This document shows positions 1 through 9,229 of a DNA stretch of 64,000 bases, piece after piece. This stretch comes from Aquabacterium sp. GTDB lineage: Bacteria; Pseudomonadota; Gammaproteobacteria; Burkholderiales; Burkholderiaceae_C. The number at the start of each line of letters is the position of its first letter. Position 1 is the first letter of the stretch. The stretch spans positions 21,653-85,652 of the forward strand of contig NZ_DASUIN010000026.1 of assembly GCF_036273115.1 (NCBI RefSeq). The letters are read 5' to 3'. The notes beneath the pieces were generated by a model, which searched no databases, was not told the origin of the DNA, and saw only the letters and a program-made list of their open reading frames with translations. The translations under genes were made by a program, and so were the position numbers.

Positions 1-1
1 C

Positions 2-190
2 GCTGTACCCCATCCTGATCCCAAGCCAGAGCCTCCCGAGGCCCCTGACATCAACGCCTGTTGCGCCAGCGGGTGCGATCCGTGCATTTTTGATTTGCAC
101 GACATGGCCATGGATGAGTACCGCCAAGCGCTGCGGGCCTGGCAAGCCAGGCAAGACGCTGCAAACGCGTCTCAGCAGCGCACGGACTGA
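2..190 (+). CDS. 3' end of a gene for an oxidoreductase-like (Oxidored-like, CC-x-SGC-xx-C) domain protein; the 5' end lies outside the window
   Basis: Frame 2 is open from the window edge to TGA at 188-190. It reads ...PEAPDINACCASGCDPCIFDLHDMAMDEYRQALRAWQ..., matching the CCxSGCxxC[VI][WF]D signature. It is absent from the ORF track because no start lies in the window. Confidence 0.45.
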   Translation, partial: AVPHPDPKPEPPEAPDINACCASGCDPCIFDLHDMAMDEYRQALRAWQARQDAANASQQRTD

Positions 191-609
191 TCGCCAGCCA
201 ATTCGGCGGCCAGACGATCGAGGTTTTGCTCGTTGGCTGGTTCTACGATGTGGCGCACGGCTTGTGCAATGGCCGGGTCGGCAAAGACTTGTTGCCACTC
301 CAGCAGGGTGCCCTTTGGGTGGGGGTGCAAGTGGATGGTCAACTCAAAGTGCGGTGCGCACACGTGTTTGAGTACGACCCGCCGGTCAACCTCAATGGTT
401 GAGAACACCGATTCGTTGGGGTAGACCGTGCCGTCGGGGCCCACCATGTCGAACACCCACCGGCCCCCCGGGTGAAACTCGAAAACAGAAAAGCGGTTGG
501 AAAAGCCCTGAGGGCCCCACCAACGGGCCAGCCTGTTGCCGTTCTGGATGGCATCAAACAGTGCCGCTGGCTCAACGGGAAACAGCCGGCTGGTTCTGAA
601 GGTGGTCAT
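172..609 (-). CDS. SRPBCC / AHSA1-family (Activator of Hsp90 ATPase homolog 1-like) protein
   Basis: 145-aa ORF. The N-terminal F...PAALFDA...RWWGP pattern and the size are typical of SRPBCC/AHSA1 proteins. GC3-rich codons. Confidence 0.8.
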   Translation of the reverse strand: MTTFRTSRLFPVEPAALFDAIQNGNRLARWWGPQGFSNRFSVFEFHPGGRWVFDMVGPDGTVYPNESVFSTIEVDRRVVLKHVCAPHFELTIHLHPHPKGTLLEWQQVFADPAIAQAVRHIVEPANEQNLDRLAAELAGDQSVRC

Positions 610-734
610 CGCAAGGGTTCCCGGTTGACTTGAGCATCAGCTGACGCAGGTGGATTGGAACGCATTAAAGCACCACTGGGCCGGGATGGCTATCATGGGG
701 ACGATTCATACCCATTAGGAAACAGGAGCATTGG

Positions 735-1979
735 ATGAGCACGTCGGCCTATGACCTGGTCGTTTTTGGCGCAAGCAGTTTTGTGGGGCAGATCCTGACG
801 CGGTATCTGGCTGAGCATTTGGCTCAGCATCGAGAGCCGGTGCGTTGGGCCATTGCCGGACGATCCGCTTCGAAGCTGCAAGACGTCAAGCAAGCCCTGG
901 GGTCTTTGGGTCAAGATTTGCCCGTCATCGTGGCCGATGCGGCCAATGAAGCCGATCTGCGTGCCCTGTGCGCACAGACGCGGGTGGTGGTGTCCACCGT
1001 GGGGCCTTACGCGCTGTATGGTGAGCCGCTGGTGAAGGTGTGTGCCGAGACGGGCACCGACTACTGCGACCTGACCGGTGAGGCGCAGTGGATCCGCCAG
1101 ATGATTGAACGCTACGAAGGCGCTGCCAAGCAGTCAGGCGCACGCATTGTGCATTGCTGTGGCTTTGATTCGGTGCCTTCCGACATGGGCGTTTATTTCT
1201 TGCAGCAGCAGGCTCAGACTGTGTGGGGTGGGCCCGCCTCCCAAGTGAAAATGCGCGTGAAGGTGCTCAAGGGCGGTGCCTCAGGTGGCACCGTGGCCAG
1301 CATGATCAACGTCGTGAAAGAGGCGGCCTCGAATCCGGCTTTGCGCAAGGAGCTGCGCAATCCCTATTCGCTGTGTCCCACAGGCCATGGGCTCACGGCC
1401 CGCCAGCACGTGGTGCAAGGCGTTGAGCACGATGCCGATCTGAAAGCCTGGGTGGCCCCGTTTGTGATGGCGGCCATCAATGAGCGCGTGGTTCACCGTA
1501 GCAACGCCTTGTCGGGGCGCGCCTACGGGGCCGATTTCACCTACAACGAGGGCGTGCTGACGGGCGGCGGTTTCAAGGGGCGCTTGAGTGCCACGATGAT
1601 GGTGGCCGGCCTGGCTGCCTTCATGGTGGGGGTGGTGATGGCCCCGACCCGGGCCTTGCTGGAGCGCTTTGTGCTGCCCAAGCCTGGTGAGGGCCCCAGT
1701 CCGCAAGCCCAGTTGGCGGGCCGGTTCGATCTGCGCTTCGTGGGGCGTAACTCGCAGGGGCAGGTGCTTCAGACTCGCGTCACAGGTGATCGCGATCCGG
1801 GCTATGGTTCAACCGGCAAGATGCTGGGGCAGGCGGTATTGAGCCTGGCCTTGGATCACGTACAAGATGGCGCCAAGACAGGCCGCGCAGGCGGATTCTG
1901 GACGCCCGCCACGATGTTTGACGACCGGTACTTGAGCCGCTTGTCGCGTTATGCCGGGGTGCAATTCGAGCGGGTCTGA
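735..1979 (+). CDS. Saccharopine dehydrogenase-family NAD(P)-binding protein
   Basis: 414 aa. N-terminal Rossmann motif DLVVFGASSFVGQ, and overall resemblance to saccharopine dehydrogenase-like oxidoreductases. AGGAG lies 7-8 nt upstream of the ATG. Confidence 0.85.
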   Translation: MSTSAYDLVVFGASSFVGQILTRYLAEHLAQHREPVRWAIAGRSASKLQDVKQALGSLGQDLPVIVADAANEADLRALCAQTRVVVSTVGPYALYGEPLVKVCAETGTDYCDLTGEAQWIRQMIERYEGAAKQSGARIVHCCGFDSVPSDMGVYFLQQQAQTVWGGPASQVKMRVKVLKGGASGGTVASMINVVKEAASNPALRKELRNPYSLCPTGHGLTARQHVVQGVEHDADLKAWVAPFVMAAINERVVHRSNALSGRAYGADFTYNEGVLTGGGFKGRLSATMMVAGLAAFMVGVVMAPTRALLERFVLPKPGEGPSPQAQLAGRFDLRFVGRNSQGQVLQTRVTGDRDPGYGSTGKMLGQAVLSLALDHVQDGAKTGRAGGFWTPATMFDDRYLSRLSRYAGVQFERV

Positions 1980-2015
1980 CCGCTCGGGCTGCCGTGTCAG
2001 CAGCGGCCTGAGCGG
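1980..2015. terminator. Imperfect compound hairpin between convergent genes (possible bidirectional terminator)
   Basis: CCGCTCGG-GCTGC-cgtgtca-GCAGC-ggCCtGAGCGG directly after the TGA at 1977-1979. No T tract. It overlaps the last codons of the 78-aa ORF. Confidence 0.3.
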
Positions 2016-2233
2016 CGGCTGCGAGGTTGAAGCTTGTCCAGTTCGGTGATTTGCTGCTTGAGCAGGATCAGCAGCGTGCGCGCGTCGTCAACCGGGATCG
2101 ACAAGCAGCTGGTGACGGCATTTTCGTCGCGCGGCGAGCGGGGCATGACCAGCACATCCACGCCCAGTTCAATCAGCCCCTTGTCGTGCTTGACGGACTT
2201 GATGCGTTGCAGTTCGATGTCGTAAGTTTTCAT
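1997..2233 (-). CDS. Small hypothetical protein (78 aa)
   Basis: Strong GC3 bias in this frame, unlike the competing plus-strand ORFs. No recognisable family. The C-terminal codons run through the 1980-2015 hairpin. Confidence 0.5.
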   Translation of the reverse strand: MKTYDIELQRIKSVKHDKGLIELGVDVLVMPRSPRDENAVTSCLSIPVDDARTLLILLKQQITELDKLQPRSRRSGRC

Positions 2234-2254
2234 GGGGCTGGTTCTCTAGTAAAC

Positions 2255-2290
2255 AAGGCCCTCGGCACGCCTGTAGCAGCCGAGGGCCTT
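2255..2290 (-). terminator. Hairpin terminator after fadL
   Basis: Perfect 12-bp inverted repeat AAGGCCCTCGGC / GCCGAGGGCCTT with a 12-nt loop, 17 nt past the fadL stop. On the minus strand it is followed by GTTTAC, a short T tract. Confidence 0.65.
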
Positions 2291-2306
2291 TGAGGGCTTC
2301 GGTCGA

Positions 2307-3710
2307 TCAGAACTTGCGGTTGTAACTCACACCGAGCAGTTGCAGACGAGTTTTGTACAGACCCTTGGTGGTTTCACCGTTGCCAGTGCAGCCGGTACTC
2401 AGCGGCGAGCAGTCGTTGCTGTAGTTGCCTTCGACTTGATCGAACTGAACGTAGCTGTAGGCCAGATCCACGCTGGAAGCCGCATCCAACTTGTAGCTCA
2501 GGCCGGCCGACAGCCAGGTGCGGTCGCCGTCAGGCAGGGCGGGGTGGGTCAGTTCGCTGCTGCGAACGGGCGATTGGTCCAGTGCCACGCCACCCTTGAG
2601 CACGGTGCGCTCGTTGAGGCGATAGTTGGCGCCCACCGACACGCGGAAGGTGTCACGCCAGCGCTGACGGATCACCTCGTCACCCAGTTGGCTGCCGGGG
2701 AACTCGATGTGCAGGTCTTGCAGACGCGAGTTGCGGGTCCAGGTCACATCAGCCATCGCGGCCCAGGTGGCGTTCAACTGGCTGAACACGTTGGCCGATA
2801 CGGTTTCCGGCGTCATCAGCTTCACGCGACCATCAGAGTTGATCTTGTGCGACGAGTTCTGCAGGAATTGGTTGACGATGGGGTCGGTGGTGACGGTGGA
2901 GAAGTCCCAGATCGTGTCGCCCTTCAGTGTGTGGCTGATGGGGGAACGATAGGCCAGACCGAAACGAGTCGAGTCGCTCAGGTCGACCAGATAGCCCAGG
3001 TTGAAGCCATAGCCCCAGCCGTCGCCCTTGATTTGAGCGTGCGCATCTTGGGCGGAGGCCAGAACAGCCGGGTTGCCGCCTTGCGCTTGAATGGCCGAAA
3101 CCACAGCGCCACCGACACCGGCGGCGGCCAGGGCAGCGATCGAGCCGGGCACGTCGACAGCCTGGCTGAGCTTGGCTTTCATGTACTCAGCCGTGAGGCC
3201 AAAGCCCAACGATTGGTGAGGGGCAAACTTCCAGGCCACCGAGGGGTTGATGGCCAGCGAAGCCAGTTCGATCGACTTCAGCGCATAGCGGCCTTGCCAG
3301 GTCGAACCATAGTTCAGCTTGGCGGCATAGGGCACGTACACACCCAGACCCCAGGTGAGATCGGCGTTGAGTGCGCGGCTCAGGTAGAAGGTGGGCACGA
3401 TGGCGTGGTCAGGCGCGAAGCCGGAGGGCGTGGTGCCGCCGGTGGGCGTGCCGGTGAAACGGGTCGAGCCGCGGTCCTGGTAGGACATCTGTGGCACCAC
3501 CAGGGTGCCGCCCAGTTGGTACTGAGAGCCCGAGAGCTTGGACAGCGCTGCGGGATTGAAGAACTGAGCCGAGGCATCGGCAGCTTCCGCACTGTTGGCG
3601 TCGGCGTTGGCTTGTGCCGACACGCTTTGAGAACCAAAGCGGTAACCGGAGGCCCAGACGGGCGTGACCGATGCGGCGAGCAGAAGAGGGAACAGGAACT
3701 TTTTGGACAT
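2307..3710 (-). CDS. fadL: FadL/TodX-family outer-membrane hydrophobic-compound (long-chain fatty acid) transporter
   Basis: 467 aa. Signal peptide MSKKFLFPLLLAASVTPVWA, then SGYRFG...NPAAL near the N-terminus. Beta-strand-rich, with a terminal Phe. Confidence 0.9.
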   Translation of the reverse strand: MSKKFLFPLLLAASVTPVWASGYRFGSQSVSAQANADANSAEAADASAQFFNPAALSKLSGSQYQLGGTLVVPQMSYQDRGSTRFTGTPTGGTTPSGFAPDHAIVPTFYLSRALNADLTWGLGVYVPYAAKLNYGSTWQGRYALKSIELASLAINPSVAWKFAPHQSLGFGLTAEYMKAKLSQAVDVPGSIAALAAAGVGGAVVSAIQAQGGNPAVLASAQDAHAQIKGDGWGYGFNLGYLVDLSDSTRFGLAYRSPISHTLKGDTIWDFSTVTTDPIVNQFLQNSSHKINSDGRVKLMTPETVSANVFSQLNATWAAMADVTWTRNSRLQDLHIEFPGSQLGDEVIRQRWRDTFRVSVGANYRLNERTVLKGGVALDQSPVRSSELTHPALPDGDRTWLSAGLSYKLDAASSVDLAYSYVQFDQVEGNYSNDCSPLSTGCTGNGETTKGLYKTRLQLLGVSYNRKF

Positions 3711-3938
3711 GAACGTAAGGAGAAAAAGCTCCCCAGACTTTACTTATGGTGAGCGTGATGGACCCTGCCGCCTGGGCTGCAGGTTTGCACGCTGGCGATC
3801 TTAGTCGGTGTGACGCAATATGACGCGCGATTCGTGTGTCTTGCTTGACGAAATGGCTCGAAATTGGGGTCGAGTTATCTCGTAAAGTGTGCCAGTCGAA
3901 AAATGACCCTGTTGTGCTGTGGCCTAAGGAGTTTTGCC

Positions 3939-5585
3939 GTGAGTTCGATTTTTGATCAGCATTTGCCGCGTAACGAAGCCAACTATGCGGCTTTGAGCCC
4001 TCTGAGTTTCATCGAGCGCACGGCCGAGGTCTACCCTGACCGTCTGGCGATTGTTCATGGCCCGCTGCGACAAACCTGGTCCCAAACCTATCGCCGCTGT
4101 CGGCAGTTGGCCAGCGCCTTGCAGCAGCATGGCATTGGCAAGAATGACACCGTGGCGGTGATGCTGCCCAACACGCCGCCCATGGTGGAGTCGCACTTCG
4201 GTGTGCCCATGGCTGGCGCCGTGCTCAATGCCCTCAACACCCGCCTGGATGCCGAAGCCATTGCCTTCATGCTGGACCACGGTGAGGCCAAAGCGGTCAT
4301 CGTCGACCCCGAGTTCGCTGCGGTGATGGGCAGGGCCCTGGCTTTGCGGCAGTCGTCCACGCCGATCCTGATCGTGGAGGTCAAAGACGATCTCTTCGGC
4401 CCGACGCGCCAGGCCCTGGGCGGTGTTGACTATGACGAATTCGTCGCTGGCGGTGACCCGGCTTTCGCATGGTCGCTGCCCGCCGACGAATGGGATGCCA
4501 TTGCGCTGAACTACACCAGTGGCACCACAGGCAACCCCAAGGGGGTGGTCTATCACCACCGCGGGGCGGCAACCAATGCGATCAGCAATGTGCTCGAGTG
4601 GGACATGCCCAAGCATTCCGTCTATCTGTGGACCCTGCCCATGTTCCACTGCAATGGCTGGTGCTTCCCCTGGACCGTGGCGGTGCGCGCCGGTGTGAAC
4701 GTGTGTTTGCGCCGCGTCGATGCGCAGGCCATTTTCGATGCCATTCGCGAGCACGGCGTCACGCATTACTGCGGCGCGCCCATCGTGCACGGCATGCTGG
4801 TCAACGCGCCTGAGGCCATGAAAGTGGGCTTGCCCACCGGCGTGAAGGCCATGGTGGCTGGGGCCGCGCCGCCCGCCGCCATGATCGAGGGCATGGAAAA
4901 GCTCGGTTTTGACCTGACCCATGTGTATGGCCTGACCGAGGTCTATGGCCCCGCCACGGTGTGCGCCAAACACGATGACTGGCAGAGCCTGGACATTGGC
5001 GAGCGTGCTCGCCTCAATGCCCGCCAAGGCGTGCGCTATCACCTGGAGCGCGATGTTCGCGTCATCAACCCCGACACCATGCAGCCCGTGCCGCAAGATG
5101 GCGAGACCATGGGTGAAATCATGTTCCGCGGCAACATCGCCATGAAGGGGTATTTGAAGAACCCCAAGGCCACGTCCGATGCATTTGCCGGTGGCTGGTT
5201 CCACAGCGGCGACCTGGCGGTGCAGTATCCAGATGGCTACATCAAGATCAAAGACCGCAGCAAGGACATCATCATTTCCGGTGGCGAAAACATTTCCTCC
5301 ATCGAAGTGGAAGACGTGCTCTACCGCCACCCGGATGTGCTGACCGCAGCAGTCGTTGCCAAGCCTGACCCCAAGTGGGGCGAAACCCCGTGTGCGTTTG
5401 TGGAGTTGAAGGACGGCGCCACGACCACGGCCGAAGACATCGTGGCCCATTGCAAGAAACATCTTGCGGGTTTCAAGGTGCCGCGTGAGGTGGTGTTCTG
5501 CGAGGTGCCTAAAACCAGCACCGGCAAGATTCAGAAGTTCGAGTTGCGCAAGCTGGCAGGCTCGAAGTCGGCGATCGACGTTTAG
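3939..5585 (+). CDS. AMP-dependent acyl-CoA synthetase/ligase
   Basis: AMP-binding motif YTSGTTGNPKGV, later GEI..RG and a C-terminal K(I/F)QK. I prefer the GTG at 3939 (AAGGA 8 nt upstream) over the ORF-track start at 3864. Confidence 0.9.
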   Translation: MSSIFDQHLPRNEANYAALSPLSFIERTAEVYPDRLAIVHGPLRQTWSQTYRRCRQLASALQQHGIGKNDTVAVMLPNTPPMVESHFGVPMAGAVLNALNTRLDAEAIAFMLDHGEAKAVIVDPEFAAVMGRALALRQSSTPILIVEVKDDLFGPTRQALGGVDYDEFVAGGDPAFAWSLPADEWDAIALNYTSGTTGNPKGVVYHHRGAATNAISNVLEWDMPKHSVYLWTLPMFHCNGWCFPWTVAVRAGVNVCLRRVDAQAIFDAIREHGVTHYCGAPIVHGMLVNAPEAMKVGLPTGVKAMVAGAAPPAAMIEGMEKLGFDLTHVYGLTEVYGPATVCAKHDDWQSLDIGERARLNARQGVRYHLERDVRVINPDTMQPVPQDGETMGEIMFRGNIAMKGYLKNPKATSDAFAGGWFHSGDLAVQYPDGYIKIKDRSKDIIISGGENISSIEVEDVLYRHPDVLTAAVVAKPDPKWGETPCAFVELKDGATTTAEDIVAHCKKHLAGFKVPREVVFCEVPKTSTGKIQKFELRKLAGSKSAIDV

Positions 5586-5669
5586 TGCATCGCGGCGCGG
5601 GGGGAAGTTGCTTGATCCGTGGCGTTTGTCACGGAATGTCTTCATTTCCCCCGTAGGGGCCAGGAAGGC

Positions 5670-5696
5670 TTCAGTTGCGGAATTGACGGACGATAG
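5670..5696 (+). promoter_or_regulatory. Candidate sigma-28 (FliA)-like promoter of the NIT-MCP gene
   Basis: TTCA-N15-GACGATAG, against the TAAA-N15-GCCGATAA consensus. The -10 element ends exactly 34 nt before the ATG. Confidence 0.35.
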
Positions 5697-5730
5697 TGTG
5701 GGGTATCCCTGATGTGAGCATTGACTCGCC

Positions 5731-8115
5731 ATGATCGCCCGTATAGCCAGACTGTTGCATGTCATTTTGACGCCAGGCCTTTACCTGATGCGTCGGATGA
5801 AGCTGCCCGCCAAACTGGCTTTGCTGACCGGTGTGATGGCCCTGCCCTTGCTGGTGTTGCTGGTGCTGGTGGTCACGCGAACCACGACAGACATGCGCAT
5901 CATTGAGCGCGAAATTCAGGGGTCGGATTTGGCCTCGCGCATGTTCGAGCTGACGCGGATGTTTCAGTCCGAACGCGGTCTGATCTTGCGTGCAACGCGG
6001 GGGGATGACTCTGTCACCAAGCGCCTGGGCGAACACACCCAACACCTTCAGCAGGCCTTGCAGGACGTCGGTCAGCTGGTCGGGGGGCTGGGGGAGCCGC
6101 TGCTGATCGCTCAGTGGCAGGAGTTGAAAAACGAGTCTGAGCAGTTGTTGAAACTGCGCCAGGATGCAAGTGCTGAGACCGACCCCGAGGAGGTGTATCG
6201 ACGCGCCAATCAGGTGGTCAGTCATGCCAGCTCGCTGTTGCACCTTGTGGGTGAGGTGTATGGTTTGTATTTTGACCCCGATCCCCCCAGTTACTTGCTG
6301 ATCGATTTGAGGTTGGAGCGCAGTCTCAGGCTGATTGAAGAGGTCGGGCGCACACGCGGGCGCGGTGCTGCGTGGCTTCTGGATGGCGGCCAGAGTGAAC
6401 AAGATCGTGTGCGCTTGCGAAACGCTGTCGATCGGATTGAGTTGTCCATTGATGATCTTCAGTCCCACCTCAAATCGCTGGAGCGCGCGGGGGAGACCGA
6501 TTTACAACCTTGGCGGAAGGCAGAACAAGCCGTTATCAGCTACATCGCGTACCTGAGGCAGATCACAGCCGACGACTCGCTGCGCGACGGCGTTTCGGCC
6601 GCGCAGCACGTGGATCGTGCGTCGGCCGTCATGGACGCGCTGGATGACGCACAGCGGCACAGCGCCAACGCGTTACAGCGCCGTTTGAACGAGCGCCTCG
6701 GGCAGGCCAAGGTTCGGCTGACGTTGGCCGTCACCGCTCTGGTTCTGGGCATCATGCTGCTGGCGTATTTTTCCTGGACCTTCGCCGTCAGCTTTGGCAA
6801 TGGACTCAGGCAGTTGCAGCAGGCCCTGGGGCAATATGCCAAGGGCAACTTGACCCCCCGAGTCCAAGTCGAGGGCCAAGATGAGGTGGCTCACATCGGG
6901 TTGGCCGCCGAGCAGGTGGCCGAGCGTCTTTCGAACATCGTGAGTGAAATGCGCAGCAGCGCCATGCGATTGAGCCAGACGGGGGAAGCGGTGGCCGCGT
7001 CCGCCGCCTCTCTGGCCGATCGCACCGATGAACAGGCGCGTCAGATTGTGCAAACGGTGGAGGTCGTCAGCTCGCTGAGTCAGGCAGCGGCGGTCAACGC
7101 CGAGGCATCAGGACAGTTGAGCCGAACCACCGAGCAGCTCAAGGCCGACGCGTTGGCCAGTGGTCAGATCATGGACGAGACCGTGCATGCCATGGTTGAT
7201 CTGGAATCCAGCTCACGCAAGGCCGGCGAGGTCATCGGCGTGATCGATGGCATCGCGTTTCAGACCAACATCCTGGCGCTGAATGCCGCAGTGGAAGCCG
7301 CCCGTGCGGGCGAGGCCGGGCGTGGCTTTGCTGTGGTGGCTGGCGAGGTTCGTGCGTTGGCTCAGCGCAGCGCGCAAGCGGCGGCAGAGGTGCGGCGTTT
7401 GCTCGACACCTCGAAGGGGCATGTGGAGCATTCCTCTCGGCGTCTTCAGGAAGCCGGGCGCGCCATTTCGGGTCTGGTCGATGGGGTCATGTCGATTTCG
7501 ATCGCCTTGAAAGCGCAGGCCGACTCCAGTCATGAACAAAGCGCCAGCTTGTCGGGTGTGGCTCAAAGCGTCGGTAACCTCGATTCGTTGACCCGAATGA
7601 ATCAGGGCATGGTCAATCACTCCACCGATGCCGCGTTGGAGTTGATGGACCGCGCTGGAGCGCTGGCCAATGACGTCTCGGCCATTCAGTTGCGGCAGGG
7701 ATCTGCGGACGAGGCGCGCAATCTGGTGGACCGCGCCTTGTCCTTGATTCAGCGCATCGGGCTGGATGCCGCCATGGCCGAGATGCGTCAGCCTGGCGCA
7801 GGCTATGTCGACCGTGATCTGTATGTGTTCATCACCGACCGAAAGGGTGTGTACCGTTTGCATGCAGGCAACCCGGCCAAAGAGGGGCATCGCGTACATG
7901 AAGTTCCCGGGATCGATGGCGATGCCTTTGTGCGAGATGCCTGGAGCGCCGCCAATGGCTCGCACTGGGTTGACTACACCATCGTCAATCCCATCACAGG
8001 TTTGCCCCAAAAGAAAACCAGCTACGTTCTGCCGCTCGATGGAGAGTGCGTTCTGGGGTGCGGGTTCTATCGCCACGAGATGGCGGTGCCGGAGGCCGTG
8101 CAAGCCTTGAACTGA
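5731..8115 (+). CDS. Methyl-accepting chemotaxis protein: TM, NIT-like periplasmic sensor, TM, HAMP, MA signalling domain, C-terminal sCache_2-like domain
   Basis: FQSERGL and GRTRGRGAAWL motifs (NIT-like). Highly conserved MCP hairpin IDGIAFQTNILALNAAVEAARAGEAGRGFAVVAGEVRALA. C-terminal DLYVFITDRKGVYRLH...WVDYTIVNP.TG...KKTSYV...GCGFY (Cache-like). The start is uncertain because there is no clear RBS. Confidence 0.9.
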   Translation: MIARIARLLHVILTPGLYLMRRMKLPAKLALLTGVMALPLLVLLVLVVTRTTTDMRIIEREIQGSDLASRMFELTRMFQSERGLILRATRGDDSVTKRLGEHTQHLQQALQDVGQLVGGLGEPLLIAQWQELKNESEQLLKLRQDASAETDPEEVYRRANQVVSHASSLLHLVGEVYGLYFDPDPPSYLLIDLRLERSLRLIEEVGRTRGRGAAWLLDGGQSEQDRVRLRNAVDRIELSIDDLQSHLKSLERAGETDLQPWRKAEQAVISYIAYLRQITADDSLRDGVSAAQHVDRASAVMDALDDAQRHSANALQRRLNERLGQAKVRLTLAVTALVLGIMLLAYFSWTFAVSFGNGLRQLQQALGQYAKGNLTPRVQVEGQDEVAHIGLAAEQVAERLSNIVSEMRSSAMRLSQTGEAVAASAASLADRTDEQARQIVQTVEVVSSLSQAAAVNAEASGQLSRTTEQLKADALASGQIMDETVHAMVDLESSSRKAGEVIGVIDGIAFQTNILALNAAVEAARAGEAGRGFAVVAGEVRALAQRSAQAAAEVRRLLDTSKGHVEHSSRRLQEAGRAISGLVDGVMSISIALKAQADSSHEQSASLSGVAQSVGNLDSLTRMNQGMVNHSTDAALELMDRAGALANDVSAIQLRQGSADEARNLVDRALSLIQRIGLDAAMAEMRQPGAGYVDRDLYVFITDRKGVYRLHAGNPAKEGHRVHEVPGIDGDAFVRDAWSAANGSHWVDYTIVNPITGLPQKKTSYVLPLDGECVLGCGFYRHEMAVPEAVQALN

Positions 8116-8143
8116 TGGGTTCAGGCTCGCATGAGTGGTGTGG

Positions 8144-8593
8144 TCAGCCCGGAATCTCGGCTTCGACCAACTGACCCAGCAGTTGCAACGACTCCTGCCA
8201 CCCGAGGTAGCAGCCCTCCACTGGGATCAGGGCCGGTATGCCTTCTTGAACGATGTGGACATCCGTACCGCATGACACCGGACGCAGGACCACCGTGGTG
8301 CGCATGGTGCCGGGCAGGTTGGTGTCATCAAAGGCATCGGTATGGACGATGCGCTCGTTGGGCACCAACTCCACATACTGACCGCCAAACGAATGCACCT
8401 GCCCATTCGAGAAATTGGTGAATGACATCTTGTAAGAGCCCCCGACCTTCACGTCGAGGTGATGCACCTTGGCAGTGAAACCATGTGGGGGCAGCCATTT
8501 GCACATGGCATCGGCGTCGAGGAATGCGCGATAAATGCGCTCGGCGGGGGCGCGCAACACGCGATGCAGGGTCACGGTTCCGGATGTGCTCAT
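8144..8593 (-). CDS. SRPBCC / AHSA1-family protein (paralogue type of 172-609)
   Basis: 149 aa. The layout TLHRVLRAPAERIYRAFLDADAMCKWLPP...GGSY...F is characteristic of AHSA1/SRPBCC proteins. Confidence 0.85.
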   Translation of the reverse strand: MSTSGTVTLHRVLRAPAERIYRAFLDADAMCKWLPPHGFTAKVHHLDVKVGGSYKMSFTNFSNGQVHSFGGQYVELVPNERIVHTDAFDDTNLPGTMRTTVVLRPVSCGTDVHIVQEGIPALIPVEGCYLGWQESLQLLGQLVEAEIPG

Positions 8594-8683
8594 GGTGGGC
8601 TCCTGGCTGAATCAGTTGGATGACGGCTGGCGACATCATCGTCGTAAACCTGCGTGGCACCAAGAGTGGCCTATGCTTGTGGC

Positions 8684-9196
8684 ATGAAGCCAACCCGCAC
8701 CTTGCTCATTGTCTATCACTCGCTGACCGGCGGAACCCGTCAGATGGCGCAGGCAGCCCACGATGGGGCGATGCGTGCCAGCCTGGTGGAGGGCGATTTG
8801 CAGGTGCGATTGCTTCCGGCCACCGAGGCGGGCCCCGCCGATGTGCTGGCTGCCGATGGCTATGTGTTTGCCACGCCAGAAAACCTGGCTGCCATCAGTG
8901 GCTTGATGAAGGATTTCTTTGACCGCTGCTACTACCCCGTGCTCGACCAGATCAATGGTCGCCCCTATGCCAGCCTGATCTGTGCTGGCAGCGATGGCCA
9001 CAACGCGGCGCGGCAAATCGATCGCATAGCCACGGGCTGGCGTTTGAGAGCGGTGGCTGAGCCGTTGATCGTCTGCACCCATGCGCAAACACCCGAGGCG
9101 ATTGCGGCGCCGAAGCAAATCGGGCCGGACGACCGGGTGCAATGCGAAGCGTTGGGTGAGGCCTTGGGAACCGGGTTGCTGTTGGGGGTGTTCTGA
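8684..9196 (+). CDS. Flavodoxin-like fold NAD(P)H-dependent oxidoreductase
   Basis: LLIVYHSLTGGTRQMA FMN-binding loop. The ATG at 8684 is preferred to the GTG at 8654. Confidence 0.75.
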   Translation: MKPTRTLLIVYHSLTGGTRQMAQAAHDGAMRASLVEGDLQVRLLPATEAGPADVLAADGYVFATPENLAAISGLMKDFFDRCYYPVLDQINGRPYASLICAGSDGHNAARQIDRIATGWRLRAVAEPLIVCTHAQTPEAIAAPKQIGPDDRVQCEALGEALGTGLLLGVF

Positions 9197-9229
9197 AATG
9201 GCTCCACAAGCGCAAGCGCATGCGTTAGG

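Noticed and set aside
2340-3752. 470-aa plus-strand ORF spanning the whole fadL locus
   Set aside because: It lies antisense to a confidently recognised FadL-family gene. The translation is Arg/Gly/Val/His-rich low complexity with no motifs and no RBS. This is a typical stop-poor shadow frame in GC-rich DNA.
3924-5765. 613-aa minus-strand ORF opposite the acyl-CoA synthetase gene
   Set aside because: Shadow ORF. The opposite strand carries unmistakable AMP-binding motifs, and this translation has no family resemblance.
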